A DNA stretch of 57,610 nt from Acidimicrobiales bacterium (GTDB taxonomy: Bacteria > Actinomycetota > Acidimicrobiia > Acidimicrobiales > SKKL01): assembly GCA_007121465.1 (NCBI GenBank), contig SKKL01000048.1, positions 1 to 57,610 on the forward strand, given 5' to 3'. Under the pieces are notes generated by a model, which was not told where the DNA came from, did no database searches, and saw nothing but the letters and a program-made list of their open reading frames with translations. The position numbers and the translations under genes are program-made. This document shows, one piece after another, positions 18,886-27,630 of the stretch (position 1 is the stretch's first letter; each line of letters opens with the position of its first letter).

Positions 18886-19716
18886 GTGGCCACCCCTCTG
18901 CCCGTCGCCTCGCCCGGACCGTCGGTGACGGCGCGTGAGGCGACCCTTGCCCACGGGAGTCACGTGGCCCTGCGAGACGCGAGCTTCGAGCTGGAGCCGG
19001 GGACCGTGGCGGCGGTGATCGGTCCCAACGGCTCGGGGAAGTCGACGTTGTTGCACGGGATCGCCGGGCTGATGCGGCCTCTGAGAGGTCGGATCGAGGT
19101 GGGAGGCCGGTCCGCACGGGTCGGGGTCAGCGACGTCGCCTATGTCCTGCAGTCGACGCGGATCCACGAGCACCTTCCGGTGACGGTGAAGGAGGTGGTC
19201 ACCATGGGGCGCTACGCCCATCGGGGACCGTTCCGACCCTTGCGTCGCTCGGACAGGGCCTCGGTCGACGAAGCGCTCGACCGGCTCGGGGTGAGCGATC
19301 TGTCGTCCCGGCAGATCCGCGAGCTCTCGGGAGGACAGCGCCAGCGGGTTCTCGTCGCCCAGGGACTGGCCCAGGACGCGCCCGTGCTGTTGCTCGACGA
19401 ACCGGTCACCGGGCTCGACCTCGTGTCTCAGCGGACGATCCTCGAGGTGATCGGCGCCGAGCGCGACGCCGGCCGACTGGTGGTCATGACGACCCACGAT
19501 CTCGGTGAGGCAGCCCACGCCGACCAGGTGTTGTTGCTCGCCGGCCACATCGTCGCCGCCGGCCCGCCCGGGGAGGTCCTCACCGCCGAGCACCTGGCGA
19601 CCGCCTACCGCCAGCGAGTCATCCGGCTCGACGACAACGTGCTCATGCTCGACGACACGCCTCACCACGACCCCGACGAGGACGCCGTCCACCCCCATCC
19701 CGGCCACACCCACTGA
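18886..19716 (+). CDS. Metal-type (ZnuC/MntB/TroB-like) ABC transporter ATP-binding protein, orphan
   Basis: 276-aa ORF with Walker A GPNGSGKSTLL, signature LSGGQRQRV and Walker B LLLDEPVTGLD. The C-terminus is His/Asp-rich: HHDPDEDAVHPHPGHTH. No permease or substrate-binding gene is adjacent. Confidence 0.85.
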   Translation: MATPLPVASPGPSVTAREATLAHGSHVALRDASFELEPGTVAAVIGPNGSGKSTLLHGIAGLMRPLRGRIEVGGRSARVGVSDVAYVLQSTRIHEHLPVTVKEVVTMGRYAHRGPFRPLRRSDRASVDEALDRLGVSDLSSRQIRELSGGQRQRVLVAQGLAQDAPVLLLDEPVTGLDLVSQRTILEVIGAERDAGRLVVMTTHDLGEAAHADQVLLLAGHIVAAGPPGEVLTAEHLATAYRQRVIRLDDNVLMLDDTPHHDPDEDAVHPHPGHTH

Positions 19717-19768
19717 TCGGCCCTCGTTGCCGTAGCCGACGAGCAGATGGCCAGCTTTGCGGAGCCGA

Positions 19769-20542
19769 TCAGCTCAACAGGTCGAGCAGGGCGTCGTGGA
19801 TGGCGCCGTTGGTGCCGAGGCCGCTGCCCTGATCGGGGCGGGGATCACCATCGGTAGAGGTGAACCGCCCGCCGGCTTCGGAGAGGATCACCGGCATGGG
19901 AGCGACGTCCCACAGCGCGGCGGCGGGATCGATCATCGCGTCGACGCGCCCGGTCGCGACCAGGACATAGCCGTAGCCGTCGCCCCAGGTGCGCAGGTGG
20001 ACGCCGGCTCCCTTGAGGCGAGTGAACAGGTCGACGGTCCACGGGTCGAAGCCGCTCGTGGTGACCCATCCGCCGGAGAGGTCCGAGGTGGTGGAGACCT
20101 GGACCTGTTCGCCGTTGCAGAAACAGCCCAACCCCCGTCCGGCCCACACCGTCTCGGACAGGCCGGGCACGTTGATCACCCCGACGGCCGGACCGTGCTC
20201 GTCGTCGAGGGCCAGCAGGTTGGTGTAGAGCGGAACACCGTGGGTGAAGGCCTTGGTGCCGTCGATGGGATCGATGACCCATCGCCGTCCCGAGGTGCCG
20301 TGATGGTCGGCCTCCTCCTCGCCGAGGACCGAGTCGTCCGGGAACTGTTCGCCGAGGCGCTCGCGGATCAGTCGCTCGGCACCCTGATCGGCGACGGTGA
20401 CGGGGGTGCCGTCACCCTTGGCGATCACCTCCAGGTCGGTGGACCGGAAGTGCTTCAGGGTGAGCTCACCAGCTTCGCGGACGATCTCGACCGCCGCCGA
20501 GACCACGGCGGGGTCGACAGGGGGAAGGGCGTGGGGGGTCAC
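19769..20542 (-). CDS. Inositol-monophosphatase-family protein (HisN-like histidinol-phosphatase candidate)
   Basis: 257-aa ORF with the IMPase signatures VTVADQGAE, LGEEE and WVIDPIDGTKAF. Confidence 0.85.
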   Translation of the reverse strand: MTPHALPPVDPAVVSAAVEIVREAGELTLKHFRSTDLEVIAKGDGTPVTVADQGAERLIRERLGEQFPDDSVLGEEEADHHGTSGRRWVIDPIDGTKAFTHGVPLYTNLLALDDEHGPAVGVINVPGLSETVWAGRGLGCFCNGEQVQVSTTSDLSGGWVTTSGFDPWTVDLFTRLKGAGVHLRTWGDGYGYVLVATGRVDAMIDPAAALWDVAPMPVILSEAGGRFTSTDGDPRPDQGSGLGTNGAIHDALLDLLS

Positions 20543-20594
20543 CGATGCATATTGGCATCCGGGCCCCGAAACGGCGAGATGAGCCCCGGGCGGG

Positions 20595-20954
20595 TCAGCG
20601 CCGGGCGGCGATGAAGGAGCGGACCGCCATGACGAGGTAGACGACCAGGCCGGCGGCCATGATCGACTGCACCGCCACCGCCCAGGGCCGCTCGACGTCG
20701 TTGCCGGCGATCAGGTCGGGCAGGTCGACCAGCCCCATGATGCTGCCGGCGATGCCGATCACGGCGAGCAGAGCCGCGAGGTGCATGGTGAGCATCCGCC
20801 GGTCCTCACGCTGGCCGACGAAACCGAGCACCGCGAACACGATGCCGAAGAACGCGGGGATGAGTGCGGTGATGCTGTCGGCTCCGGAGCCGACGTATCC
20901 GATGATGCCGAGGGCCACCAGGGCGGCCCCGAATCCGACGGTCACACGTGCCAT
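20595..20954 (-). CDS. Hypothetical 4-TM membrane protein
   Basis: 119-aa ORF, strongly hydrophobic with four predicted helices and high GC3. No recognisable family. Confidence 0.55.
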   Translation of the reverse strand: MARVTVGFGAALVALGIIGYVGSGADSITALIPAFFGIVFAVLGFVGQREDRRMLTMHLAALLAVIGIAGSIMGLVDLPDLIAGNDVERPWAVAVQSIMAAGLVVYLVMAVRSFIAARR

Positions 20955-20987
20955 GGCCGCGACGCTACCGCTCCTGGCCGGCCGTGG

Positions 20988-21773
20988 TCACGTCCGGGGA
21001 GGGAGAGGGAAGAACGTCGAGGTTCGGCGGGCATACTCCGCATAGCCGGGGCGGCGCTTCCCGATCGAGCGCTCGAGCATCCCCACCCCCGAGTACTTCA
21101 TCAACATGACCGACATCAGGATCGGACCGATCACCGCCCATCGTGCGGGCACGGTCTCGGCGGCGACGAGAAAGATTCCCCACCACACACAGAAGTCCCC
21201 GAAGTAGTTCGGGTGGCGGGTGTAGCGCCAGAGGCCACGGTCCATGACCTCGCCCTCGTTGGCCGGGTCGGCCTTGAAGCGGGCGAGTTGGGCGTCGCCG
21301 ACGGTCTCGAAGAACAGGCCGACCGCCCACACCGCCACACCGATCCCGGCGAGCAGGCCGAGGTTCGAGGGGTCGTCGGTGGTGCCGGCGAGCTGAACCG
21401 GCAGGGCGACGATCCACATGATGACGCCCTGCATGAGGAACACCGTCGCCAGGCTGATCAGCCAGAACCGGTCGCCCCAGTGCCTTCGCATGCTCTGGTA
21501 GCGGCGATCCTCTCCCGACCCGATGTTGCGCCACGCGAGATAGCCCGACAGCCGCAATCCCCACACGGTGACGAGCCCGGCGATCAGCAGCATGCGGGCC
21601 TCGGTGCCGTCGCCCACGATCACCACCGTCCAGGCGGAGAGGACGAACCCGAGACCCCACACGAGGTCGACGATGCTGGCGTCGCGGATGACCACGCTCA
21701 GCAGCCACGTCGACAGCATCAGCGCGGCGATCACTCCAGCGGTGGCGAGCAGTACGCCTGCGGTCCCGGTCAT
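20988..21773 (-). CDS. DUF1295 / steroid-5-alpha-reductase-like membrane protein
   Basis: ATG at 21771-21773 within ORF 20988..22667, with the upstream part discarded. ...GLWRYTRHPNYFGDFCVWWGIFLVA... is the characteristic DUF1295 motif. Polytopic. Confidence 0.8.
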   Translation of the reverse strand: MTGTAGVLLATAGVIAALMLSTWLLSVVIRDASIVDLVWGLGFVLSAWTVVIVGDGTEARMLLIAGLVTVWGLRLSGYLAWRNIGSGEDRRYQSMRRHWGDRFWLISLATVFLMQGVIMWIVALPVQLAGTTDDPSNLGLLAGIGVAVWAVGLFFETVGDAQLARFKADPANEGEVMDRGLWRYTRHPNYFGDFCVWWGIFLVAAETVPARWAVIGPILMSVMLMKYSGVGMLERSIGKRRPGYAEYARRTSTFFPLPPRT

Positions 21774-21782
21774 CGCCCCAGC

Positions 21783-23357
21783 ATGCCCGTTACCGGACCG
21801 CTTCGCTCGACCAGGCAGACTGGGGGAGTGCCGCTGCGACCCGATGCCCGCTCCGCCGTGATCCGTCTCGGCATCGCCACCGTCGTCGTCGTCGTGGTCG
21901 TCGTCGTCGCCGGGCTGGTCGCCGCCACCCGCTCGACCACCAGCCTCGCCGCTCCGACCTGGCCCGTGGACACCCCCGACCCCGACACCGACGCCTGGGT
22001 CGACCCGGCCTCCTCGGGCCACCCGTGGGGCGACGAGGTCGAGGGTGTGCTCACCTTCCGGGGCAACCCCACCCGCAGCTGGTACGGCCAGGGTCCGGTC
22101 CCGTCCGATCCCGTCCGACTGTGGAGCTATCCCGACGCTGCGATGTGTTCCACTTCGATCCTCGACGGCCAGGAACGCGACTGGTGCGGCACCGGCTGGA
22201 CCGGACAACCGTCGGTGTTCGAACGCGATGGCCGGACCTGGGTCGTCTTCGGTGCCTATGACCGCAAGCTTCACTTCCTCGATGGCGACACCGGCGAACA
22301 GATCATCCCCAGCTTCGAGGCAGGCGACCTCTTCAAAGGGTCGGCCACCGTCGACCCCGACGGCTACCCCATCGTCTACGCCGGCTCCCTCGACGACAAC
22401 CTCTACGCCATCGCCTTCGACCGCGACGAACCCACCGTCCTGTGGGCCTACAACGCCTACGACGACGTCGAACCGGTCTGGAACGACGACTGGGACGCCG
22501 CGCCCCTCGTCATCGACGACCACCTGTTCCAGGGTGGGGAGAACAGCCACTGGTTCATCTGGGAGCTGAACCGCAGCTACGACGCCGACGGTCTCGCCAC
22601 CCTCGATCCCGAGCTCCGCTTCTCGGCGCCGGGCTTCGACGACGAGCTCATGGACGAGCTCGGTCACGAGAACGTGTCCATCGAGACGTCGCTGGCGATC
22701 TCCGGTGACACCGTCTGGTTCGCCAACGGCGGCGGGCTGCTCCAGGGGTGGGACATCTCGGGCCTCGCCGAGGGTCGCGACCCGGAGCGGATCTTCCGGT
22801 TCTGGACCGGGGACGACACCGACGCCTCACCCGTCATCGACGACGAGGGGTACCTCTACGTCGCGGTGGAGGTCGACCGCCCGACCGAGCGTTCCCGTGA
22901 GGTCGGCCAGATCCTGAAGCTCGATCCGTCACGGCCCGACGACCCGGTCGTGTGGGCGGTCCACGACCCCGAGCGCAGCGGGGTGTGGGCCACCCCCGCC
23001 ATCCACCGTGACGTGCTGATCGTGCCGACCGACGCCGGATGGATCCACGGGATCGATCGTGACAGCGGCGACGTGCGGTGGCGGTTCCCACTGCGGGGCC
23101 CCACCTGGCAGTCCCCGGTCGTCGTCGACGACGTGTTGATCCAGGGCGACTGCCGAGGAGGTGTTCTGCGGGGCTACGACGTCTCTGACACCACGGTCGT
23201 GCCCCCCCAGATCTGGAGCGTCACCCTCGGCGGGTGCGTCGAGTCCACCCCGACGGTGTGGGGCGGCCGCATCTATGTGGGCACACGCGGCGGGTTCTTC
23301 CACGCCATCGGTGCTCGGGGCGACGCTCGGACCGTGGAGGTGCCGCGGGCGCCCTGA
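21783..23357 (+). CDS. Membrane-anchored PQQ-like/BamB-like beta-propeller repeat protein
   Basis: In-frame ATG at 21783 within ORF 20781..23357, whose upstream part is antisense to the DUF1295 gene. An N-terminal anchor IATVVVVVVVVVAGLVAA is followed by repeated ...LYAIAFD..., ...GWIHGIDRDSGDVRWRF... and ...GRIYVGTRGGFFHAI... blades. The start could instead be GTG 21828. Confidence 0.75.
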   Translation: MPVTGPLRSTRQTGGVPLRPDARSAVIRLGIATVVVVVVVVVAGLVAATRSTTSLAAPTWPVDTPDPDTDAWVDPASSGHPWGDEVEGVLTFRGNPTRSWYGQGPVPSDPVRLWSYPDAAMCSTSILDGQERDWCGTGWTGQPSVFERDGRTWVVFGAYDRKLHFLDGDTGEQIIPSFEAGDLFKGSATVDPDGYPIVYAGSLDDNLYAIAFDRDEPTVLWAYNAYDDVEPVWNDDWDAAPLVIDDHLFQGGENSHWFIWELNRSYDADGLATLDPELRFSAPGFDDELMDELGHENVSIETSLAISGDTVWFANGGGLLQGWDISGLAEGRDPERIFRFWTGDDTDASPVIDDEGYLYVAVEVDRPTERSREVGQILKLDPSRPDDPVVWAVHDPERSGVWATPAIHRDVLIVPTDAGWIHGIDRDSGDVRWRFPLRGPTWQSPVVVDDVLIQGDCRGGVLRGYDVSDTTVVPPQIWSVTLGGCVESTPTVWGGRIYVGTRGGFFHAIGARGDARTVEVPRAP

Positions 23358-23362
23358 CGGTG

Positions 23363-24064
23363 CTAGTCGGTGCCCGGGCTGACGAGGATCCGTGACGCCA
23401 CGAACGCTCCGATGCCCACGGCCCGTTCACCGATCTCGATGGTGGTGGTGCCGTCGGGAGCGGTGGAGGCGATGCTGCCGATGATCCCGGGCTGGATGGA
23501 GGCATCCTCGAGAAACTCGAGAAGGCCGTCGGTGAACTCGAGCTCTTCGGTGATTCGCCTCACCGTGAACTGTTCGCCGACGGGGATCGAGTCGAGCGAC
23601 ACGGCCTCGGGGTCCGAGACGTAGCTCGATCCGGGGATGGGGTTGCCGTGGGGGCAGGTGGTGGGCTCCCCGAGGAGCCGGTTCATGGCGACCTCGACCG
23701 ACGGTGAGATGACGTGCTCCCACTTGCCGGCCTCGGTGTGTGCCTCGGCCCACGAGAGATGGAGGACGTCGGTGAGGAATCGCTCGGCCAGGCGATGGCG
23801 ACGCACGACGCTCTCGGCCAGCTCGCGGCCCGCCGGGGTGAGCGAGACGGCCTTGTCGATCTCGACCAGTCCCTCGCGGTTCATCCGGTGGATCATCTCC
23901 GAGACCGCCGGGCGTGACACGTCGAGACGTTCGGCGATCCGCGCCTGGATGACCTCGACGTCGTCTTCGTGCAGCTCGAAGATTGCCTCGCAGTACTCCT
24001 CGAAGGCGGGGTGGTACTCGGGAGTCTTGTACGCGGCCATCTTCTCAGTGTACGGCGTCGTCAT
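23363..24064 (-). CDS. ideR: Iron-dependent repressor, DtxR/IdeR family
   Basis: 233-aa ORF with wHTH ARIAERLDVSRPAVSEMIHRMNREGLV, the dimerisation/metal-site region RRHRLAERFLTDVL...EAHTEAGKWEHV, and a C-terminal SH3/FeoA-like domain. Confidence 0.9.
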   Translation of the reverse strand: MTTPYTEKMAAYKTPEYHPAFEEYCEAIFELHEDDVEVIQARIAERLDVSRPAVSEMIHRMNREGLVEIDKAVSLTPAGRELAESVVRRHRLAERFLTDVLHLSWAEAHTEAGKWEHVISPSVEVAMNRLLGEPTTCPHGNPIPGSSYVSDPEAVSLDSIPVGEQFTVRRITEELEFTDGLLEFLEDASIQPGIIGSIASTAPDGTTTIEIGERAVGIGAFVASRILVSPGTD

Positions 24065-24101
24065 CTCCGAGGCTCGGCCGATCGGACACTACGGTGGCGC
24101 C

Positions 24102-24905
24102 ATGGTTCGTCTGACCCGCACCTTCGTCGCTGCACTCGCCATCGTCTGTCTCCTCGCTGCTGCCTGCGGCAACGACGACGACGCTGCTCCCGAGGAGCCG
24201 GAGACCACCGAGGCCCCCGAGACGACCGACGAGCCGGACACCACCGACGAGCCCGAGGCCACCGAGGCCCCCGAACCGACGGAGGCCACCGACGAGCAGG
24301 CCTCCGGCGAGTGTCCCGACGTGCCACTACCCGACGATGCCGAGGACGCGCTCGAGGCCCCGGTCGACTACGACGGCGACGGCGACGGAACACCCGACAC
24401 CCTCACCGTCTATCGCCAGGGCACCGACTGGTGGCTCCACGCCGACTGGTCCGGTGGGGGGAGCGCGGCGGTGATGATCGACGACGCCGGGTCGATGGGC
24501 GCCCGGCCGCTCGGCGGTCACGATCTCCTCGGCGATGGCAGCGACGAGGCGTGGATCGCCATCTTCGGTCCCGCCGCCGGGTCGATCGTCGGCGTCTACC
24601 ACGCCGTCGACTGCGACCTCGTGCCTCTCACCGACCTGGGGTCGGGTGGCGACTTCCGGTTCACGGTCACCGCCACTCTCGGGAACTTCACCGGGGCGAG
24701 CTGCAACGGGCTCGGCGACATCGACCTCTTCACCGGTGAGCTCGCCGGCGCCGACAGCGACGAGTACCTCGTGAGCCAGCAGCCCCACACCGTCGACGCG
24801 TCGGGGGACGTCACCGGGGAGATGGGCGACGCCGGCTCCATCACCGGAGACGAGGTTGGCGACTACGCGACCCTCGATTGCGGCGCTCTGGCCGACGCGC
24901 TCTGA
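24102..24905 (+). CDS. Lipoprotein with acidic linker and FG-GAP/VCBS-like Asp-Gly motifs, hypothetical
   Basis: ATG at 24102 within ORF 23637..24905. Signal peptide plus lipobox MVRLTRTFVAALAIVCLLAAAC, a PE/TE-rich linker, and DYDGDGDGTPD and DLLGDGSDE motifs. Confidence 0.65.
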   Translation: MVRLTRTFVAALAIVCLLAAACGNDDDAAPEEPETTEAPETTDEPDTTDEPEATEAPEPTEATDEQASGECPDVPLPDDAEDALEAPVDYDGDGDGTPDTLTVYRQGTDWWLHADWSGGGSAAVMIDDAGSMGARPLGGHDLLGDGSDEAWIAIFGPAAGSIVGVYHAVDCDLVPLTDLGSGGDFRFTVTATLGNFTGASCNGLGDIDLFTGELAGADSDEYLVSQQPHTVDASGDVTGEMGDAGSITGDEVGDYATLDCGALADAL

Positions 24906-24985
24906 TCCGGACTCGAGATCTCCCCCGTCGGAGTGTCGTCCCCGGCTGGGGAGCAGGACCCGACACCCTGTAGCCTCAGACGGCG

Positions 24986-25390
24986 ATGGACTCCGCCGCC
25001 CCCAGTTCCGCTGACACGGTCGCGCCCCGTCGGTCCGAGGCCGATCTGTGGGCGCGCAAGCTGCTGTTCCTCGACCCCGACGCCCCGAAGGTCAGCATCT
25101 TCGCCGCCCAGAGCGCCTTTCAGAAGTCGATCGCCGTCTCGGCGACGCGCTGTCTCATCACCTACATCTTCTTGCCGCTGCTTCGCCCGGTGATCGACCT
25201 CAGCGGTGGGGTCGGACCCGCTCTCGGTCTCACCGTCGGAGCGGTGTCGATGATCGCCATCATCGTCGCCATGCGCCGGTTCTTCGCTGCTGACCACAAG
25301 TGGCGCTGGCACTACTCGGGCATCGGTGGGGCGATCTTCGTGCTGCTGACCGTCCAGGCGGTCGTCGACATGAGGGCACTGCTCGGTTGA
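24986..25390 (+). CDS. Hypothetical membrane protein
   Basis: 134-aa ORF with 3 predicted TM helices. It ends 4 nt before the ilvA start. No family recognised. Confidence 0.5.
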   Translation: MDSAAPSSADTVAPRRSEADLWARKLLFLDPDAPKVSIFAAQSAFQKSIAVSATRCLITYIFLPLLRPVIDLSGGVGPALGLTVGAVSMIAIIVAMRRFFAADHKWRWHYSGIGGAIFVLLTVQAVVDMRALLG

Positions 25391-25394
25391 GCCG

Positions 25395-26933
25395 GTGACC
25401 GCGGCTGCGGGCGCCCCGCTCGACGAGATGGTGCGGGCGATCCTCACCAGCCGGGTCTACGACGTGGCTCGCGAGACCCCGCTGGAGGTGGCTCCGCGAC
25501 TGTCGGCACGCCTGGCCAACACGGTGCGGTTCAAGCGGGAGGACCTGCAGCCCGTCTTCAGCTTCAAGCTGCGCGGGGCGTACAACAAGATCGCCTCACT
25601 CGGATCGTCCGACGCCGACCGCGGTGTCATCGCGTCGAGCGCCGGGAACCACGCCCAGGGTGTGGCGTACTCGGCCCGCCATCTCGGTCTTCGTTCGCTG
25701 ATCGTCATGCCCGAGACCACTCCCGAGATCAAGGTGGACGCGGTCCGGGCCCTCGGTGCCGAGGTCGAGCTGGTGGGCAACAGCTTCAGCGACGCCCAGG
25801 CCCGGTGCGAGGAGCTGGTCGCCTCGACGGGCATGTGCTTCATCCACCCCTTCGACGACCCGTTGGTCATCGCCGGCCAGGGCACCATCGGCGACGAGAT
25901 CGTCCGCCGACGCCCCTCGGGTATCGATGCGGTGTTCATCCCGGTGGGTGGCGGTGGGTTGGTCGCCGGCATCGGCGCCTACCTGAAGGCCATCGTTCCC
26001 TCGGTGAAGGTCATCGGCGTCGAGCCGGTCGAAGCCGACGCCATGACCCGCTCGCTCGATGCCGGCCGCCCGATCGCCCTCGATCAGGTGGGGATCTTCG
26101 CCGACGGCGTCGCGGTCCGCGATGTGGGGGTCCACACCTTCGCCCTCGCCCGTCAGGTCGTCGACGAGATGGTGACGGTCACCAACGATGAGATCAGCGC
26201 GGCGATCAAAGACGTGTTCGACGACACCCGCTCGATCGTCGAACCGGCGGGCGCGCTCGGCGTAGCCGGGGCGAAGCGGTGGATCGACCAGGGCGATGTC
26301 GTCGGGGCCGATGTCGTCGCGGTCCTGAGCGGTGCCAACATGAACTTCGATCGGCTCCGTTTCGTCGCCGAACGAGCCGAGCTCGGCGAAGCGCGAGAGG
26401 CGTTGTTCGCGGTGACCATCCCCGAGCGGAAGGGGGCGTTCCGCGAGTTCTGCTCACTCGTCGGCCGTCGGGTGATCACCGAGTTCAACTACCGGTTGTC
26501 GAGCCGGGACGCAGCTCACATCTTCGTCGGGGTGGGGGTCACGTCTCGAGCCGACGCGGCGGCGTTGCTCGCCCAGTTGCAGGCCGGCGGCTACGAGGCG
26601 GTCGATCTCTCCAACGACGAGATGGCCAAGCTCCACATCCGCCACATGGTCGGAGGCCCGTCTCCCGACGTGGCCCACGAGCTGCTGTACCGCTTCGAGT
26701 TCCCCGAGCGGCCCGGCGCCTTGCTCGACTTCCTCGATGCGCTCGGTGGTCGGTGGAACATCAGCCTGTTCCACTACCGCAACCACGGAGCCGACTTCGG
26801 CCGGGTGCTCGCCGGGTTCGAGGTTCCCCCGGGGGAACGCACCGACTTCGGTCGGTTCCTCGACGAGGTCGGCTACCGATTCCACAGCGAATCGGGGAAC
26901 CCCGCATACGAGAGGTTCCTCTCCGGCAGCTGA
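25395..26933 (+). CDS. ilvA: Biosynthetic threonine ammonia-lyase (threonine dehydratase)
   Basis: 512-aa ORF with PLP-lysine motif PVFSFKLRGAYNK, the GGGGL loop (FIPVGGGGLVAG) and two C-terminal ACT-like regulatory repeats. Confidence 0.92.
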   Translation: MTAAAGAPLDEMVRAILTSRVYDVARETPLEVAPRLSARLANTVRFKREDLQPVFSFKLRGAYNKIASLGSSDADRGVIASSAGNHAQGVAYSARHLGLRSLIVMPETTPEIKVDAVRALGAEVELVGNSFSDAQARCEELVASTGMCFIHPFDDPLVIAGQGTIGDEIVRRRPSGIDAVFIPVGGGGLVAGIGAYLKAIVPSVKVIGVEPVEADAMTRSLDAGRPIALDQVGIFADGVAVRDVGVHTFALARQVVDEMVTVTNDEISAAIKDVFDDTRSIVEPAGALGVAGAKRWIDQGDVVGADVVAVLSGANMNFDRLRFVAERAELGEAREALFAVTIPERKGAFREFCSLVGRRVITEFNYRLSSRDAAHIFVGVGVTSRADAAALLAQLQAGGYEAVDLSNDEMAKLHIRHMVGGPSPDVAHELLYRFEFPERPGALLDFLDALGGRWNISLFHYRNHGADFGRVLAGFEVPPGERTDFGRFLDEVGYRFHSESGNPAYERFLSGS

Positions 26934-26945
26934 GCGGCCTCGTGG

Positions 26946-27620
26946 TCAGTCGTCGGTGATGTCGGTGGCGCCCTCGTCGAAGTAGTCCTGGTACTGGATC
27001 GGTTCGGTGACGGTGGTCGCCACACCCGCGAGGTTGGCGATGATCCGCTTCAGGTACCGGTGGAGCACCGCCCGGGGTACCGCCCAGTGCCCCGGCTCGT
27101 CGCTGTGCATCAGCGTCCGGATGTGCTGCTCCTGGATGGCGCGCATCTCGTCGGCCCGGGCCCGGAAGTCCTGCACCCGATCGACATCCTGGTTGGCGAG
27201 CAGTCCGGCGAGCTCATCCATCATCGCCGAGATCGCCTGGTGGTCTTCGACGAAACCGGCGGCGTCGGGGGCACCGGCCAAGGACACTCCCTCGGTGGCG
27301 AGGTCGAAGACGTTCTTGGCCTGGTCACCGATGCGCTCGATCTTCTTGATCAAGAGGATGTAGCCGAGCACGTCGCCGATGTCCTCGGCGCCCTGAACGC
27401 TGACGTGAACGATCAGCTCTCGGCGCAACTCCTGTTCGGTCCGGTTGATCCGCTGGTCGGTGGCATAGATCTCGTCGCGGACCTCGTCGGGGTCCACGCC
27501 GGCGAGCACGGTGGCGGTGGCCAGGTCGAAGGAGTGGCGCGCGTCGGCCAGCATGCCGGTCACCTTGGCGGTGATCGACTCCATCCCCGATGAACCTCGG
27601 CGGAAGAACGACATGACCAT
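26946..27620 (-). CDS. PhoU-domain protein (phosphate-transport regulator-like)
   Basis: 224-aa ORF with two helical repeats carrying PhoU-type motifs (DEIYATDQRINRTEQELRRE; IERIGDQAKNV; RYLKRIIANLAGVA). It lies directly downstream of a Na/Pi cotransporter gene. Confidence 0.75.
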   Translation of the reverse strand: MVMSFFRRGSSGMESITAKVTGMLADARHSFDLATATVLAGVDPDEVRDEIYATDQRINRTEQELRRELIVHVSVQGAEDIGDVLGYILLIKKIERIGDQAKNVFDLATEGVSLAGAPDAAGFVEDHQAISAMMDELAGLLANQDVDRVQDFRARADEMRAIQEQHIRTLMHSDEPGHWAVPRAVLHRYLKRIIANLAGVATTVTEPIQYQDYFDEGATDITDD

Positions 27621-27630
27621 GAGGGGCCCC

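Noticed and set aside
20781-21782. N-terminal 334 codons of ORF 20781..23357. Analogous upstream extensions occur on ORFs 12085, 14624, 15611..16627, 20988..22667, 23637, 27631..29019, 30222..31676, 35794..36804, 36341, 39176, 40561 and 43276.
   Set aside because: The extensions overlap neighbouring real genes or intergenic DNA and translate to low-complexity sequence. Internal starts with Shine-Dalgarno motifs or stop/start overlaps give proteins of normal family length, so the longer versions were trimmed.
21884-21913. Possible microsatellite or CRISPR-like repeat (GTC)n.
   Set aside because: It is an in-frame codon repeat encoding the poly-Val membrane anchor of the beta-propeller protein. 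It is noted as a minor finding only, not as a repeat element.
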